In this document: positions 23,141 through 34,260 of the stretch, one piece after another
How the letters are laid out: each line of letters opens with the position of its first letter
How positions within the stretch are numbered: position 1 is the stretch's first letter
NCBI RefSeq assembly: GCF_001194135.2
Contig: NC_068990.1
Coordinates: 92,115,834-92,153,711, forward strand
Direction of reading: 5' to 3'
Source: Octopus bimaculoides
Taxonomy: Eukaryota
DNA length: 37,878 bases
Program-made: the position numbers and the translations under genes
Notes under the pieces: model-generated
What the model was told of the DNA's origin: nothing
Databases searched by the model: none
The model's input: only the letters and a program-made list of their open reading frames with translations

Positions 23141-23573
23141 TATTATTATTATTATTAAGAATCTCTCTCTCTCTTTACACATATATTTCACTCATCCACT
23201 TCATATCATCAGTATGGCAAAACTGCTGTGTCCTGTACCATATTAGATTGTGTAGATTGATTCCAAAGAAGACAGAGAATCTTCGTATTCTTACTTCAAG
23301 AACTTTTTCTGATCATTAAACAGATTTCGTCTGAAGTGAGCGAGTGGTGGCCACTGGGCCAGATTGTCAGATGTATAACTAAGCAAAAAGCTAGAGTCTC
23401 AATTCAATAGAAGCTTGATGACATGTTAACACAATTCAGTTTTGCTTGTTCTGCAGTGATTAATAGAATTTGAATGTATTAATTAGCTACAGTACCAATT
23501 AAAGCTTATACTGATAAGGATCAGTGTTCCCAGACGATAATAATTTTGAGAAGGAAACAAATGATGGAAATAT

Positions 23574-23850
23574 AGTTCTATATTTAAGAGATGAGGAATT
23601 ATGTACATTATGTACATTATTTACATTTGATTGATATTTGTCTTCATCTTGTTTGTTAACACGTTTTGGTTGATATACCCTCCAGCCTTCATCAGGTGTC
23701 TTGGGGAAATTTCGAACCTGGGTTCTCATTCCTAAGGTATTTTTGAATGTTATTATCATTATTATTATTATTGTTCAGGTCACTGCTTGGAATCGAACTC
23801 GGAATCTTGGGGTTAGTAGCTCGTGCTCTTAACCACTATGCCATATGCCC
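23574..23850 (-). mobile_element. tRNA-headed short retroposon with (AAT)n spacer and degenerate hammerhead motif (copy C, complete head)
   Basis: Minus-strand head gggcatatggcatagtggttaagagc...gagttcgattcc has A- and B-box-like motifs. It is followed by (AAT)n, ggaatgagaacccaggttcgaaatttccccaagacacctgatgaagg and the tail cataattcctcatctcttaaatatagaac. Confidence 0.8.
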
Positions 23851-24297
23851 GCGGGCATATGGCAAACAAGATGAGGACAAATATCCGTCGAATGTAAATA
23901 ATGTAAATATTTGATGTGCTGAACATAGTGCAATGGAAATATTCGCTTTTTGAAGAAGGAGTTTTTCACCCACGATGATTTGTTTCAAATTACATTAAAA
24001 GATAGTCATTTTCAGGTTTAGAATGAGTAAATTACATCTTTTCTCCAAGGGAAATAACTCATAATAGACTAGATTGAAGGGAGATAATTCATATTGCTAA
24101 ATCGGTTAAGTTGATTTGATATGTAGAAACGATTCGGTGATATACATTGTATGTATATATGTATGTGTGTGTGTGTGTATGTATCTATGTATGTATGTGT
24201 GTGTGTATGTATGTATGTACGTACGTATGCATGTACGTATGTATGCATGTATGTATGTATGTATGTTAAATATAATCACTATATATATCCAGTCGGC

Positions 24298-24329
<32 letters not shown>

Positions 24330-24372
24330 TATCCTTGTTTTACTGTCTACTTGTCCTCGCCTGCATGGGTCA

Positions 24373-24635
24373 GACAAGTTCTCTACAGCCGGATTAAGTC
24401 GAGTTCTCAACAACCGGATTATGACAAGTTCTCTACGGCCTGATTATGGCAAGGTCTCTACGGTCAGATTAAGTCAAGTTCTCAACGGCCGGATTATAAC
24501 AAGGTCTCTACGGCCGGATTAAGACAGTTCTCAACGGCTGGATTATAACAAGGTCTCTATGGCCAGACTAAGACAAGCTCTCAACGGCCAGATTATGACA
24601 AGGTCTCTACGGCCGGATTAAGACAAGTTCTCTAC
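24373..24635. repeat. 25-bp minisatellite, about 10.5 copies
   Basis: Unit gacaagttctctacggccggattaa, with variants. One unit is 24 bp. Confidence 0.9.
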
Positions 24636-25271
24636 CGACGGATACCCTTTCTGCCGCCAACCATCATAAGTTTCGAAGCAAGTTAATATTTTCCAGACAA
24701 GTTAATCATCGCCAGACATGATTTTCACAGAAGACCGGAAACGATCAACATTGCCTGTATGACAGTGGTGCTCGTTTACAGCCATCATGCTGTCGAGACG
24801 AGGCAACACACACGCACATCGAACCAGAAACTACATGGCTATGAAGCGTACTTTTTGACTACAGACATATCTACACGTATTTTACAATGTTTTTTGTTGT
24901 TGTTGCTTTTTTCTTTAGAATCCACAATACTTCATCCACTGTGACTGTGGATTCGAGTCTAACCGTATGAAATTTTCTCTGATACAAAGATAAAGATGTA
25001 ATACAATATATTAAGATTTGTTAAAGCTTTATTAATACAATTCCTTCTTCAGATCTTCTTAGCTGGAGTCTCTGCTATAAACAGTTGTACGACAGAATAT
25101 CATTATTGAAAGATGTTTTCGATTTCCTTCCAGATTTGAGATTCTTTATTTTCTGACATAAAACAATAAAGCGGAAAAAGATGACAACTCTCCAAGCAGA
25201 AGTGAGTACAAGACCAATAATGTACTGTATTTAGCGTATAAGAACTACTATAGCTAAGACATTCAAGAAAC

Positions 25272-25486
25272 GTTAGCACGCCGGAAAGAACTGCCTAGCG
25301 GTACTTCGTCTGCTGTTATGTTCCGAGTTCAAATTCCGCTGAAGTCAACTTTGCCTTTCATCCTTTCGGAGTCGATTAAATAAGTACCAGTTACGCAATG
25401 AGGTCGATGTAATCGACTTAATCCCTTTGTCTGTGCTTGTTTGTCCCCCTCTATGTTTAGCCCCGCTGTGGGCAATAAAGAAATAA
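25272..25486 (+). mobile_element. SINE family 2
   Basis: Near match to 13183-13394. Partial copies also at about 14050-14330 (+), 8345-8442 (-) and 8675-8830 (-). Confidence 0.8.
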
Positions 25487-27413
25487 ATATTACCTAATTG
25501 AACGTTTACAATATCTTAAAAATCAAACGTTCGAACGAAATTTTAAAAAAGAAACTATTTTTCAAGGTTCTCTATAAATTTCTAAACCATTTCCCAATAA
25601 CCGTGATGCTACGAACACAATTACCATTAATTAATAATTCACGCGCACTATATTAAAGGGAGATAACTAACACAAGACACTCTCCAATGTTGTGAGGTTC
25701 CAGGTTTGTGTTTGTTTTAATTATTTCTGTCTTTATTTTTTTTCTCTGTTTTCCGAAGTAAATTTACTGAAAAATAGAAAATATTGTTCATTGAACGTCG
25801 CAGTAGATTTAAAGACATATTTCTAAACATTTCTAGCCATGAATAACTGAAAACTAACCAAGTTGTTAATGTAAGCATTTCTTCCAGTTACTCTAATTTT
25901 CTGGGGGTTTTTTTTTGTTCGAATGAATGAAACAAGATTTATTTTCTTTTTTACATCGCCTCAGCATCTCAGATGAAGAATTATTGTTAGACTGTGAGAT
26001 GTTCATGTCTTTCTCAACGACGATACAGATTAGACATGAATGAAGTAAAGGGATTCCAACGGAGCAACTGAAATAATATCAGACTCAACACTTCGATCAG
26101 TCTAACATTTCCAATAATGGATGTTTTATATTAAAGTGACTTAAAACTCTTCATAAGCTTTTTACCCATTGACTTCATGCATTTCGCCTTTTTACCTCCT
26201 TACGTACTAAAATACAGAAATACTAGCTCTTTATATATATATATATATATCTACCATATTTACTCGTTTATAAGTCGCGCCTCTAATTTAGTGTTAAATT
26301 TTGGTATAAAATCGTATAAATTTCATAGTTTTAGCTCTGCTCCGTGTATAAATCATCCCTCAGTTTTTACAGTTGAAAATAATATAACTGATACTGGGGT
26401 AAATTGGGTGTATTGTACCCTTGGAGGATATTTTGCCAATAAAAACGGACATATTTAGTTTCTTTTTATTATAACCTATCAATCAGTTAACTACTTAAGC
26501 TATTTAACTCATCGATGGTTTGACCAGTCAATCGGTTTGTCAGTTCTTTTGCAATTTATCTTCTCATCCGTGGCATTCGCCGTCACATTCACAAAATGTT
26601 TGTGACGGCGTAATTTTCAAAATATTTATTCGTTTATAAATTTTGTATATTTTATAATAAGCTGTGATCAGGAATAAATTATTTATTCCATGGCATGGAA
26701 ACCTTCACCTCTCGAGAGTATATTAACCCTAGTTGAGAGTCACCGATATGAAGGAATTACATAATAAATAAATATTGGAGGCTGGTTTTAACATTCCACC
26801 ATAGTTTAGTTTGTTTAAATGTGTTAATTGAAAGCTATGTCAGTTAACAGAAAGCTATGAATCTGGTCAAGTGTTAGGCTAACCAAGTTTTAAACAGAAG
26901 TCTTAGGTTTACATGTATTTCATTTCTACATGTGTATGCGTTTTCTCGCTAAATATAATCCACCTCATCTTGAACTCTCTCTCTCATATATATATACATG
27001 AGAGTGTGTGTGTGTGAGTATAAACTAAGTTAACACATGGTTTTAATATTCAAAATATGTTACATGAAATGTTATATTTGACGATAACATATTTGTTCAT
27101 TCTTAATATATTCTGGCAGATGAGAGCATGAATATTTCAGTGATGTGATTTTGAGTTCTTGGAAGACATTTCCTCCCATTAGACTATTGGAGTTCATAGC
27201 ACATCACATAAAGGGCAAAGTTGTTTTCCAATAAAGAAAAAGAAACAATGCTGAGATATTCATGCAGAACATCTTAAGACTGAAGAGATACATTATTGAG
27301 TGGATTCTCACTGTTCTGGCTGTTTATTCAAATGTACCCCATGAATTTATATCCTATCTAATGACTTGTTGCATATATTTTTCTTCTTGTTACAGAAATC
27401 CGTGATTGTTAGA

Positions 27414-27533
27414 ATGGTGCCAAAAAATTCCGTTGCCCGTTTGTTATTGATCATCACACTTCTACAACTCATTCTTCAGACTTCTTCAAAGGAATATGTC
27501 TTCAAACAGTATAAGTTCAGGAAAAAGCGAGAT
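27414..27533 (+). CDS. Small secreted Cys-rich protein (probable DUF4787 family), coding exon 1
   Basis: MVPKNSVARLLLIITLLQLILQTSSKEYVFKQYKFRKKRD: signal peptide then a basic stretch. Acceptor at 27394-27395 implies an upstream UTR exon. GTATGT donor. Confidence 0.8.
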
Positions 27534-28074
27534 GTATGTATTTAAAATAAACCATTGCCTTTCTAACTTTGGGTGAGCAACAGCCCAGCAGATTACAGGA
27601 ATGATGTACACCACAACAAACCAGATATTGTATGGTTTGTGAAGCTGGCCAATGAGGAAATAAATACCAGTAATGTCACACAGTTTCCTATTGGACTTGA
27701 CATATTTCCTCTGTCCTTGTTTCCAAAGTGGAGTCAAGCACCTCCACTCAGCATCCAGAGACTAGTTTCAGAGTCATTGTTCGTCCTCAGTCTGGAGTAG
27801 CATGGTTTGCTAGCTGTCGATGCCTACCCGCCTCTGTAAACATAATAATTCAAGTGAAATACATTCACTGATTTTGAAAATAGAAATAATACATTGCGAG
27901 GTGGAGGTGCTTGTCTCCACTTTGAAAACATAAGGACACAGGAAATGTGTCAAGTCCAACAGGAAACTGTGTTTCCTAGGGCTAAATAACAGTAGCATTC
28001 TTCCCTTTCATAGGACTGTCACATTAAATTGACAACATACTATGACTTTAATGTTTTTGTTGTTGTTTTGTCAG

Positions 28075-28218
28075 GACAAACACTATCGACATGCTAAAAG
28101 TCAGTGTGAAACGTCAGCTCATTGCCAGAAGCTGCTTACGCGTCCCTTGGATCACACCCGATGTGTACGACTGTGTATTTCTGAGAAATGTTACAATGAA
28201 TTGTATGGCCATGATGAA
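28075..28218 (+). CDS. DUF4787-like protein, coding exon 2
   Basis: DKHYRHAKSQCETSAHCQKLLTRPLDHTRCVRLCISEKCYNELYGHDE. CAG acceptor, GTGAGT donor, phases 0/0. Confidence 0.85.
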
Positions 28219-28433
28219 GTGAGTAGTTTTGGATTTTGCTTTTGTTCATTTTGTATCTTGTCGAATTAATAACATCATTCATCGTCATCGTTCCTGTTGT
28301 CATCACCTCCAGCTCCAACATTATTTTGGACAAGTTTGCATACATTTATGGATTTCTTACAGGATTTCTGTTTAATTTAGCATTTCTCGAAAGTAATTCT
28401 TGTTATAATCTTAATTTTTTTTCTTTGTTTCAG

Positions 28434-28514
28434 TTGGAAGAAGGTGAAATCGATGTTCGATTGAATTCCTTCAAAGGTTGTTACTTCTTAGATTTACGAA
28501 GTAGAGAGATGTGA
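28434..28514 (+). CDS. DUF4787-like protein, coding exon 3 with stop
   Basis: LEEGEIDVRLNSFKGCYFLDLRSREM*. The CY.ELY..D.LEEGEID.R..SFKGC motif is recalled as DUF4787 and was not searched. AATAAA at 28545-28550. Confidence 0.85.
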   Translation: MEEGEIDVRLNSFKGCYFLDLRSREM

Positions 28515-28916
28515 ACATTCCTTTTTAATGATTTCTAGTTTTGTAATAAAGCTGAATCAAGCATTTAAACATTGGTGAATATGAGGTTGTTATTTTAAGG
28601 AGATTCAGGGATTGGCATTCTTTTTATTTGCTTTGTCAGGGGGAAGGTTGTGCTCATGGCTTTTTACAGGGCCTATAATACCGACAGGAGCAGGGCTGGA
28701 AGACATTGGTCAAACTGAAATTCTTGCAACAGAATAGACTTCATTAGAGGCAACCAAAGATGATGTGGTGTTAAATCCAGGAGGACAGAGGCATAGAGTT
28801 AACGAGGATTAGGGTGTCAGCATAAACACATAGAAGCAGAGTTCATGAATTAAGAAATTTATTCAATTAAAAGAAAGAAATATTTGAACCATCAGATATT
28901 CAAGGAAAGTTTAGGT

Positions 28917-29142
28917 CAGTGGTTCTCAGTCGGGGTCCACATAAGATTTTGGTGTTAAAATTTACCTGCATTACATTGCTATTTCTGTAATACACAAAAT
29001 ATTTTAAATTTTGTCAACAATTCCTAACAATGTTTAGTTACAAAAATGCATTAGGGTTTTTTTTTTATACATCAAATGTTTATTAGGGTCCAGTGGAGTA
29101 ATATAGGAATAAAAGGGGTCCGAAGATGTTTTGAGGACCCTG
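28917..29142. mobile_element. hAT/Charlie-like MITE
   Basis: Ends CAGTGGTTCTCA...TGAGGACCCTG. The 8-bp flanks gtttaggt/atttagat match at 6 of 8 and resemble a decayed TSD. Confidence 0.55.
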
Positions 29143-30429
29143 ATTTAGATATAACAGAGTAAAGAAATCGGGACATTATCATTCAGACCAATTCTTTCGT
29201 GTCTTCAGAATAAATTGGACTTTTTTTTTTCTTCATGGGCTTTAGTTTAAGCATTAGACAGGGGTGGACTGAGCCGTCAGTTAATCAGGCACAGCCCGAG
29301 GGCCCACACTCTACATGTTAACTATGTCGATATCAATGCTAAGAGGCCTGGTAAACAGTTATGCCAGAGGGCCTGTAACCCTTTTGTTGCTGTATTTATT
29401 TTGAGATGCTCCATATTTCTTTCAATGAATTTAGTAAAATAACTTAGTTATCATTCAGCTAGTGTTAGGAACATAAATTGTGACTAAGGTTTGGTGGAAG
29501 ACAAAACAGGGATGCTTTTTCCCCTTGATTTATTGTCCAGCTGTTTATGAAGTAGAGGTATACAAGAGAGAGAGAGAGAAGATATTTATTTACATTAATG
29601 AACAATAAAATGACATTCAGTCAACACAATGACTCACACATGCAGATGCACAGTGACAACGTTACAGAACAGAACCAAATAATCAAAAAAAATTAAATGC
29701 AGATAATCAGTTATAATGTAATAAAAATCGTATATATTACATCTATCCTCATTTATCGCTGACCTGGGATAACATGACATAATTGTGAACCATGTTCCAC
29801 ATGTCACAAATTGATCTGTAATAACATGGGTCGGTGGTCAAAGATTGTGCTTGGATCACAAAAGCAAACCCAGCAACCACACACAATGTTTGGGACAACT
29901 AGGGATCTCAGAGCAAAACCCATTTTCCTCATGTTCTATTATTCATTAATCACTGATCCACATGTTCTATTATTCATTAATCACTGATTCATTGAACTTT
30001 TTTTTTTTTAAACCAAAAACCTCTCATAAATGAGGATAAATATAAAATATAATATGATAAAATATAATTTTTATTATAAAATTCTGACCACAGAAACTGT
30101 CATGAAATACAAGTTACAATTTCAGTGTTCTAAGGCAAAATGGAATATGACAAAGTTATATTTTAAATGGGCACGAAAGCCACTACTTCATTAAGTGCTT
30201 TCACCAAGGAGATAATTTGCCATTTGCGACCTCCTCCTCCCTATTATTTTTTTTAAAACACATGTTCTTCTCCAGGCTACAATTAGGCCTGGTATACGTG
30301 TGTGTGAGAGAAGTTTGTATGTTTGGGTTGTGTTTTTTGTAATTAATGTCAGAATGTAACAAAGACGATGGAAGTGAGAAGCGTCTAGAAACGAGAAACA
30401 GCTAAAACGTTTCAGGCAATTTGCTTCTT

Positions 30430-30594
30430 TCATGCTGTTGACGATGATGATGATGTTGATGAGTGGTCTTTACTGGTGTGTGAGGAGTGACTCTGAGTGT
30501 GTCTGGTCACTGTTGACACGCCGTCAACAAATTTTGTCTTAAACAGGACATTGGCGTTGTTAAACATTCCGTCTTTCAGCGAAACCACAATGAA
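30430..30594 (-). CDS. SMC2: SMC2 last coding exon
   Basis: [54 protein letters not shown]. Stop at 30430-30432. Candidate AATAAA on the minus strand at 30070-30075. Confidence 0.95.
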   Translation of the reverse strand, partial: FIVVSLKDGMFNNANVLFKTKFVDGVSTVTRHTQSHSSHTSKDHSSTSSSSSTA

Positions 30595-31478
30595 CTGGAA
30601 AGAGAACAGAAAATACAAACACAATGAATGCCACAAAATCTCATTATGCTACACTTCTCCCAAGACAACTACGGGAGTGGGAGTTACGTAGGAGTTTGTT
30701 TTAGTGTAGCAGAATAAGTTGAAACCGGACAATGATGTGAGGGATTTCATCCTCACCCAAATCCATAGGAGGGCTAATTTAGCACATATAGTTATCTTAC
30801 ATCATTTGTATCACATTTAGCCTTCTCTGAAAAGGCATGAGCATCACATGGGATTTGAAACCCAACATCTCAAGCTAATAAAAACACTTCCAATTTATAA
30901 ACTAGCTTTGCTGTCTACACTAGTGAACTGTGCCTCAACATTCTTTCTAGTTAGAGTTTAGTGTGTTTTTATTTGCTAGAGATATCAGCACACTAAATAA
31001 TCCATAATTTAGGCACAATACTGGCAATTTTGATAAGAGGGTTGGACAATACCACCAGGACATCATGGTGTTTGATTTTATCAACTTCAGAAGAATGTAA
31101 GGAGCTGGAACACAACACACTAAATAATCATTAAAAAATGATTCTCAAGATAGGCACAAGGCTAGACATCATGTTTAGGAGAGGCTCTGAGGAGATCCCA
31201 ACACAGGATTGAAACTAGTTGCTCTCCCCTGTGTCCATGAAGATACTGTATGTGGATGAGGTGTTCACAAGCATCTTATGTGACTCTGCACAGTGTTGGC
31301 TAAACATCTGCAGATATATTCTCCAGTAATGTAAAGCATTTTTCTGGTTTTTACTTATGAATATAAATTGGGAATTGCAACTTCAAAATATTCATAACTG
31401 CTATCCACATAATGGCCAAAATAGTCTTCTGAGACAGAACCAGTAATTAAACAGTTAATAGCAAGAACATGTGATTAC

Positions 31479-31626
31479 CTGTGAATGTCTGAAGTGGTTT
31501 TTAATCATATGTCCAATGTTTTGGGTGTGAGACAAGTCAAGTGCAGCATCGACTTCATCAAGAATATAAATAGGGGCTGGTTTGAATAACAGCATGGCCA
31601 ATATCAGAGAAAGAGCAACCAGGGAC
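31479..31626 (-). CDS. SMC2: SMC2 exon with Walker B/D-loop
   Basis: [49 protein letters not shown]. Confidence 0.97.
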
Positions 31627-31696
31627 CTATGAGGAAAAAATAAGAAACGGCGAAAAATTACATTGGTCTCTTGTTTAAAGAAACGAACAAAGCAGA

Positions 31697-31790
31697 TATA
31701 AAAGGTGGAGATTAAGGAGGTATAAAATGTGGGGATTAAAGAGGTATAAAATGTGGGGATTAAAGAGGTATAAAAGGTGGGGATTAAGGA
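31697..31790. repeat. 24-bp tandem repeat, about 3.9 copies, in an SMC2 intron
   Basis: Unit tataaaatgtggggattaaagagg. Confidence 0.85.
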
Positions 31791-32045
31791 GAATCAACTC
31801 TTAAAAGCTGCAGGTTTTACTGTTTAACTTTTTAGTTCTCATATTTCAGTTGAAATACCTTTGTTTCAATTAATGTTAAAAGTTACAAAGAATTTAGTAA
31901 AATAATTGGGGTCGTTATTAACCTGGTGTAAGGAACCTAAATACAAAATTTTAGATCCCTTTAAACCAGGACATTTCTATTAATGAACCAGTGGTGGTAT
32001 CAGACAGGTTTCTGTTAAAAGGGTCAATACATATATTGGCATAGT

Positions 32046-32188
32046 CTGTTACTTGTTTCAGTCATGCTGGAGCACTGCCTTTAGTCGAACAAATCGACCC
32101 CAGGACTTATTCTTTGTAAGCCTAGTACTTATTCCATCGGTTCTCTTTTGCCGAACCACTAAGTTATGAGGGACATAGACACACCAAT

Positions 32189-32219
<31 letters not shown>

Positions 32220-32281
32220 ATGGGCTTCTTTCAGTTTCTGTCTACCAAATCCACTCACAAGGCTTTGGCTGGTCTGAGGCT
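32046..32281 (-). mobile_element. SINE family 1, partial
   Basis: catgctggagcactgcctttagtcg...gtttctgtctaccaaatccactcacaaggctttgg. Confidence 0.75.
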
Positions 32282-32535
32282 ACAGCACTTGGTAGTTGTA
32301 ATGGAGTGTCACTAATACAAAAGTAGTGTTATTTGTTTCCAATCTTGTATGGAAATAATGTTTGACCATGGGGAAATATTACCCTGCTTGGAAACAGATG
32401 AGTGTTGACAACAGGAAAGGCATCCAGCTATAAAAAAAAAATCTGCCTCAACAAATTCCATCTGACCGATACAAACATGGGAAAGTGGACATTATATTGA
32501 AATGATGGTGGTAGGAGTGAAACCTAGAAGTTTAC

Positions 32536-32687
32536 CTTTGCCCTCCACTCAATTCACCAAGCGATTCTTTCCAGATATCTCCAAATGCTACTTTCACCTC
32601 CAGTCCATCGAGAACAGTCATTCCCTCTGGAGGACTTAGTTTAGCATCAGTACCAGGAAGCAGTGTGGAGAAAATGGAACCGAAATC
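32536..32687 (-). CDS. SMC2: SMC2 exon with ABC signature motif
   Basis: [50 protein letters not shown](R). Contains LSGGQ, phase-2 donor. Confidence 0.97.
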
Positions 32688-33632
32688 CTAATGAAACAAC
32701 AAAAAAGAAATGGTAAAAGTTTAAAACAAAACAAAAAAAAGTCTGGCACATAACACAAAAGCATTAGTAAAGAATAAATATTGGTTGTTAGGAGGAAGGA
32801 GTAACTTGCAATACAATGGTGCTTGGTCTTTTATCGGTTCAGTGCCACCTTTCATCGAATGATGTAAAACAAAGGCTTCACTTCATATGCTTAGCCCTTT
32901 AGCATTCTCACTACTGTTGAATCTAATGCTTATTTATTCACATTGTTTTAAATTAATCATAGATTATGTTGTAGCTCTGAGATTTCAATGATGTGATTCT
33001 TTAATTTTAGAATGACAGAGGAGAATCGATAAAAGGCTGGATCTGGGCATAAAAACGAGTAGAATATTTGGGTCGGAAATGGCTGGCTTAAATGCCAGGT
33101 TTTAGATACTTCCATAGACTGTTGCATTCTATGTTAAATTTTTAAGGAAATGCCTAAAGATCAGGACTCATATTGGACCTTGGTGCATCAGCAGTCATGT
33201 TTCTGCTGACCGTTAGCACAAGGCCCTGCTTTTATTTTAATCACACGAAACAGGTTTTGGAAAATGTATTCAAAATATAACTACTACAGCTTGTTTAAAT
33301 ATTGTGTTTCTGAGAAAAATGACCAATCTTAAAAACCCAGTGCATTCGTGCAAGTTCACAATGCTCCTATGGGATGTCTAGCACCAAAGTTAAGATAGAC
33401 TGGTCTAATACCAGGTTTTACCCACCAAGGGGCCAAACTGTAAGTAAAAGATCTGGTGGGTAGGTTAATAAATTTTATTCTAGGCCCCAAACAATTTAAT
33501 CAATGATAAAGGTGGGGGTGGTATAACTGAATTGACCCCCCCCCCTTAGAGGGTGAAAGTAGAGGATTGCTTCACACACTACACAACTGTACATTGCCAA
33601 AACACTGAGGGCCACCACACAATATGTCTTAC

Positions 33633-33758
33633 CTTATTGACCTGTTCCCAGGCCTTTTTCAGGGCTGCCTTCTTCATTTCATCCAACTCCGCAATGACTT
33701 GGGCAATTTTCATCTTGTCATTCAAAACTATTTTCCTTTTCACCATCAGATCGTTGCA
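33633..33758 (-). CDS. SMC2: SMC2 exon
   Basis: CNDLMVKRKIVLNDKMKIAQVIAELDEMKKAALKKAWEQVNK. AG/GTAAGA. Confidence 0.95.
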
Positions 33759-33994
33759 CTGGGGAAATTAATCAGAACATTACACAGATTTAATGAAGTG
33801 TATTACAATCCTCTCTCTTTTTTGCTCTCTCACACACACACACACACACACTGGATGTTGATCTGAACCAAGGAAACTGTGTTTCCATTGGTTTTTCAAA
33901 TTGTTGATAATATGTATGGGTTGCAACTTGCAGCAGAATTTGGTGCCCAGGGCAGGTGTTGAGGAACTATGAAGTGACTCATCAACTTTGGTTT

Positions 33995-34135
33995 GGTAGG
34001 TACAGATACGGTTGAGTGGTTAAGAAGCTTTGTTTTGCAACCATGTAATTTCAGGTTCAGTCCTACTGTGGAATACCTTGGACAATCTAGCCTCAGGCCA
34101 ACCCAACCCTTGAGTGGATTTGGTAGACAGAACAG
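33995..34135 (+). mobile_element. SINE family 1, 5' part
   Basis: gtggttaagaagc...ggttcagtcc...gagtggatttggtagacagaa. Confidence 0.65.
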
Positions 34136-34260
34136 TATGCATGTGCGTGAGTTTAAATTGTGTCATGTACACAGTTCTGCAGATTAAGAGACAATATGAA
34201 ACCCAATGGTGTAAAGTTGAAACAACAAAACAAATGAGTCAAGTTTGTCAAAATATTTAC

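Noticed and set aside
23290-23450. Exon-like minus-strand segment (DSSFLLSYTSDNLAQWPPLAHF...)
   Set aside because: There are stops between the acceptor and the open stretch, and no partner exons were found.
23780-23850. tRNA-like sequences (also near 693-760, 20040-20095, 36000-36065)
   Set aside because: They have A/B boxes but no complete cloverleaf and continue into repeat bodies, so they are SINE heads rather than tRNA genes.
24373-24635. CRISPR-like appearance of the 25-bp array
   Set aside because: The units are contiguous with no unique spacers, no cas genes are present, and the context is eukaryotic.
25133-25207. Plus-strand acceptor, ATG (MTTLQAE) and GTGAGT donor
   Set aside because: Too short to support, with no in-frame partner identified. 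It needs RNA-seq.
27573-27800. 75-aa ORF with HNKPDIV, reminiscent of a restriction-like endonuclease motif
   Set aside because: It lies inside an intron of the small secreted-protein gene, and no other endonuclease motifs follow.
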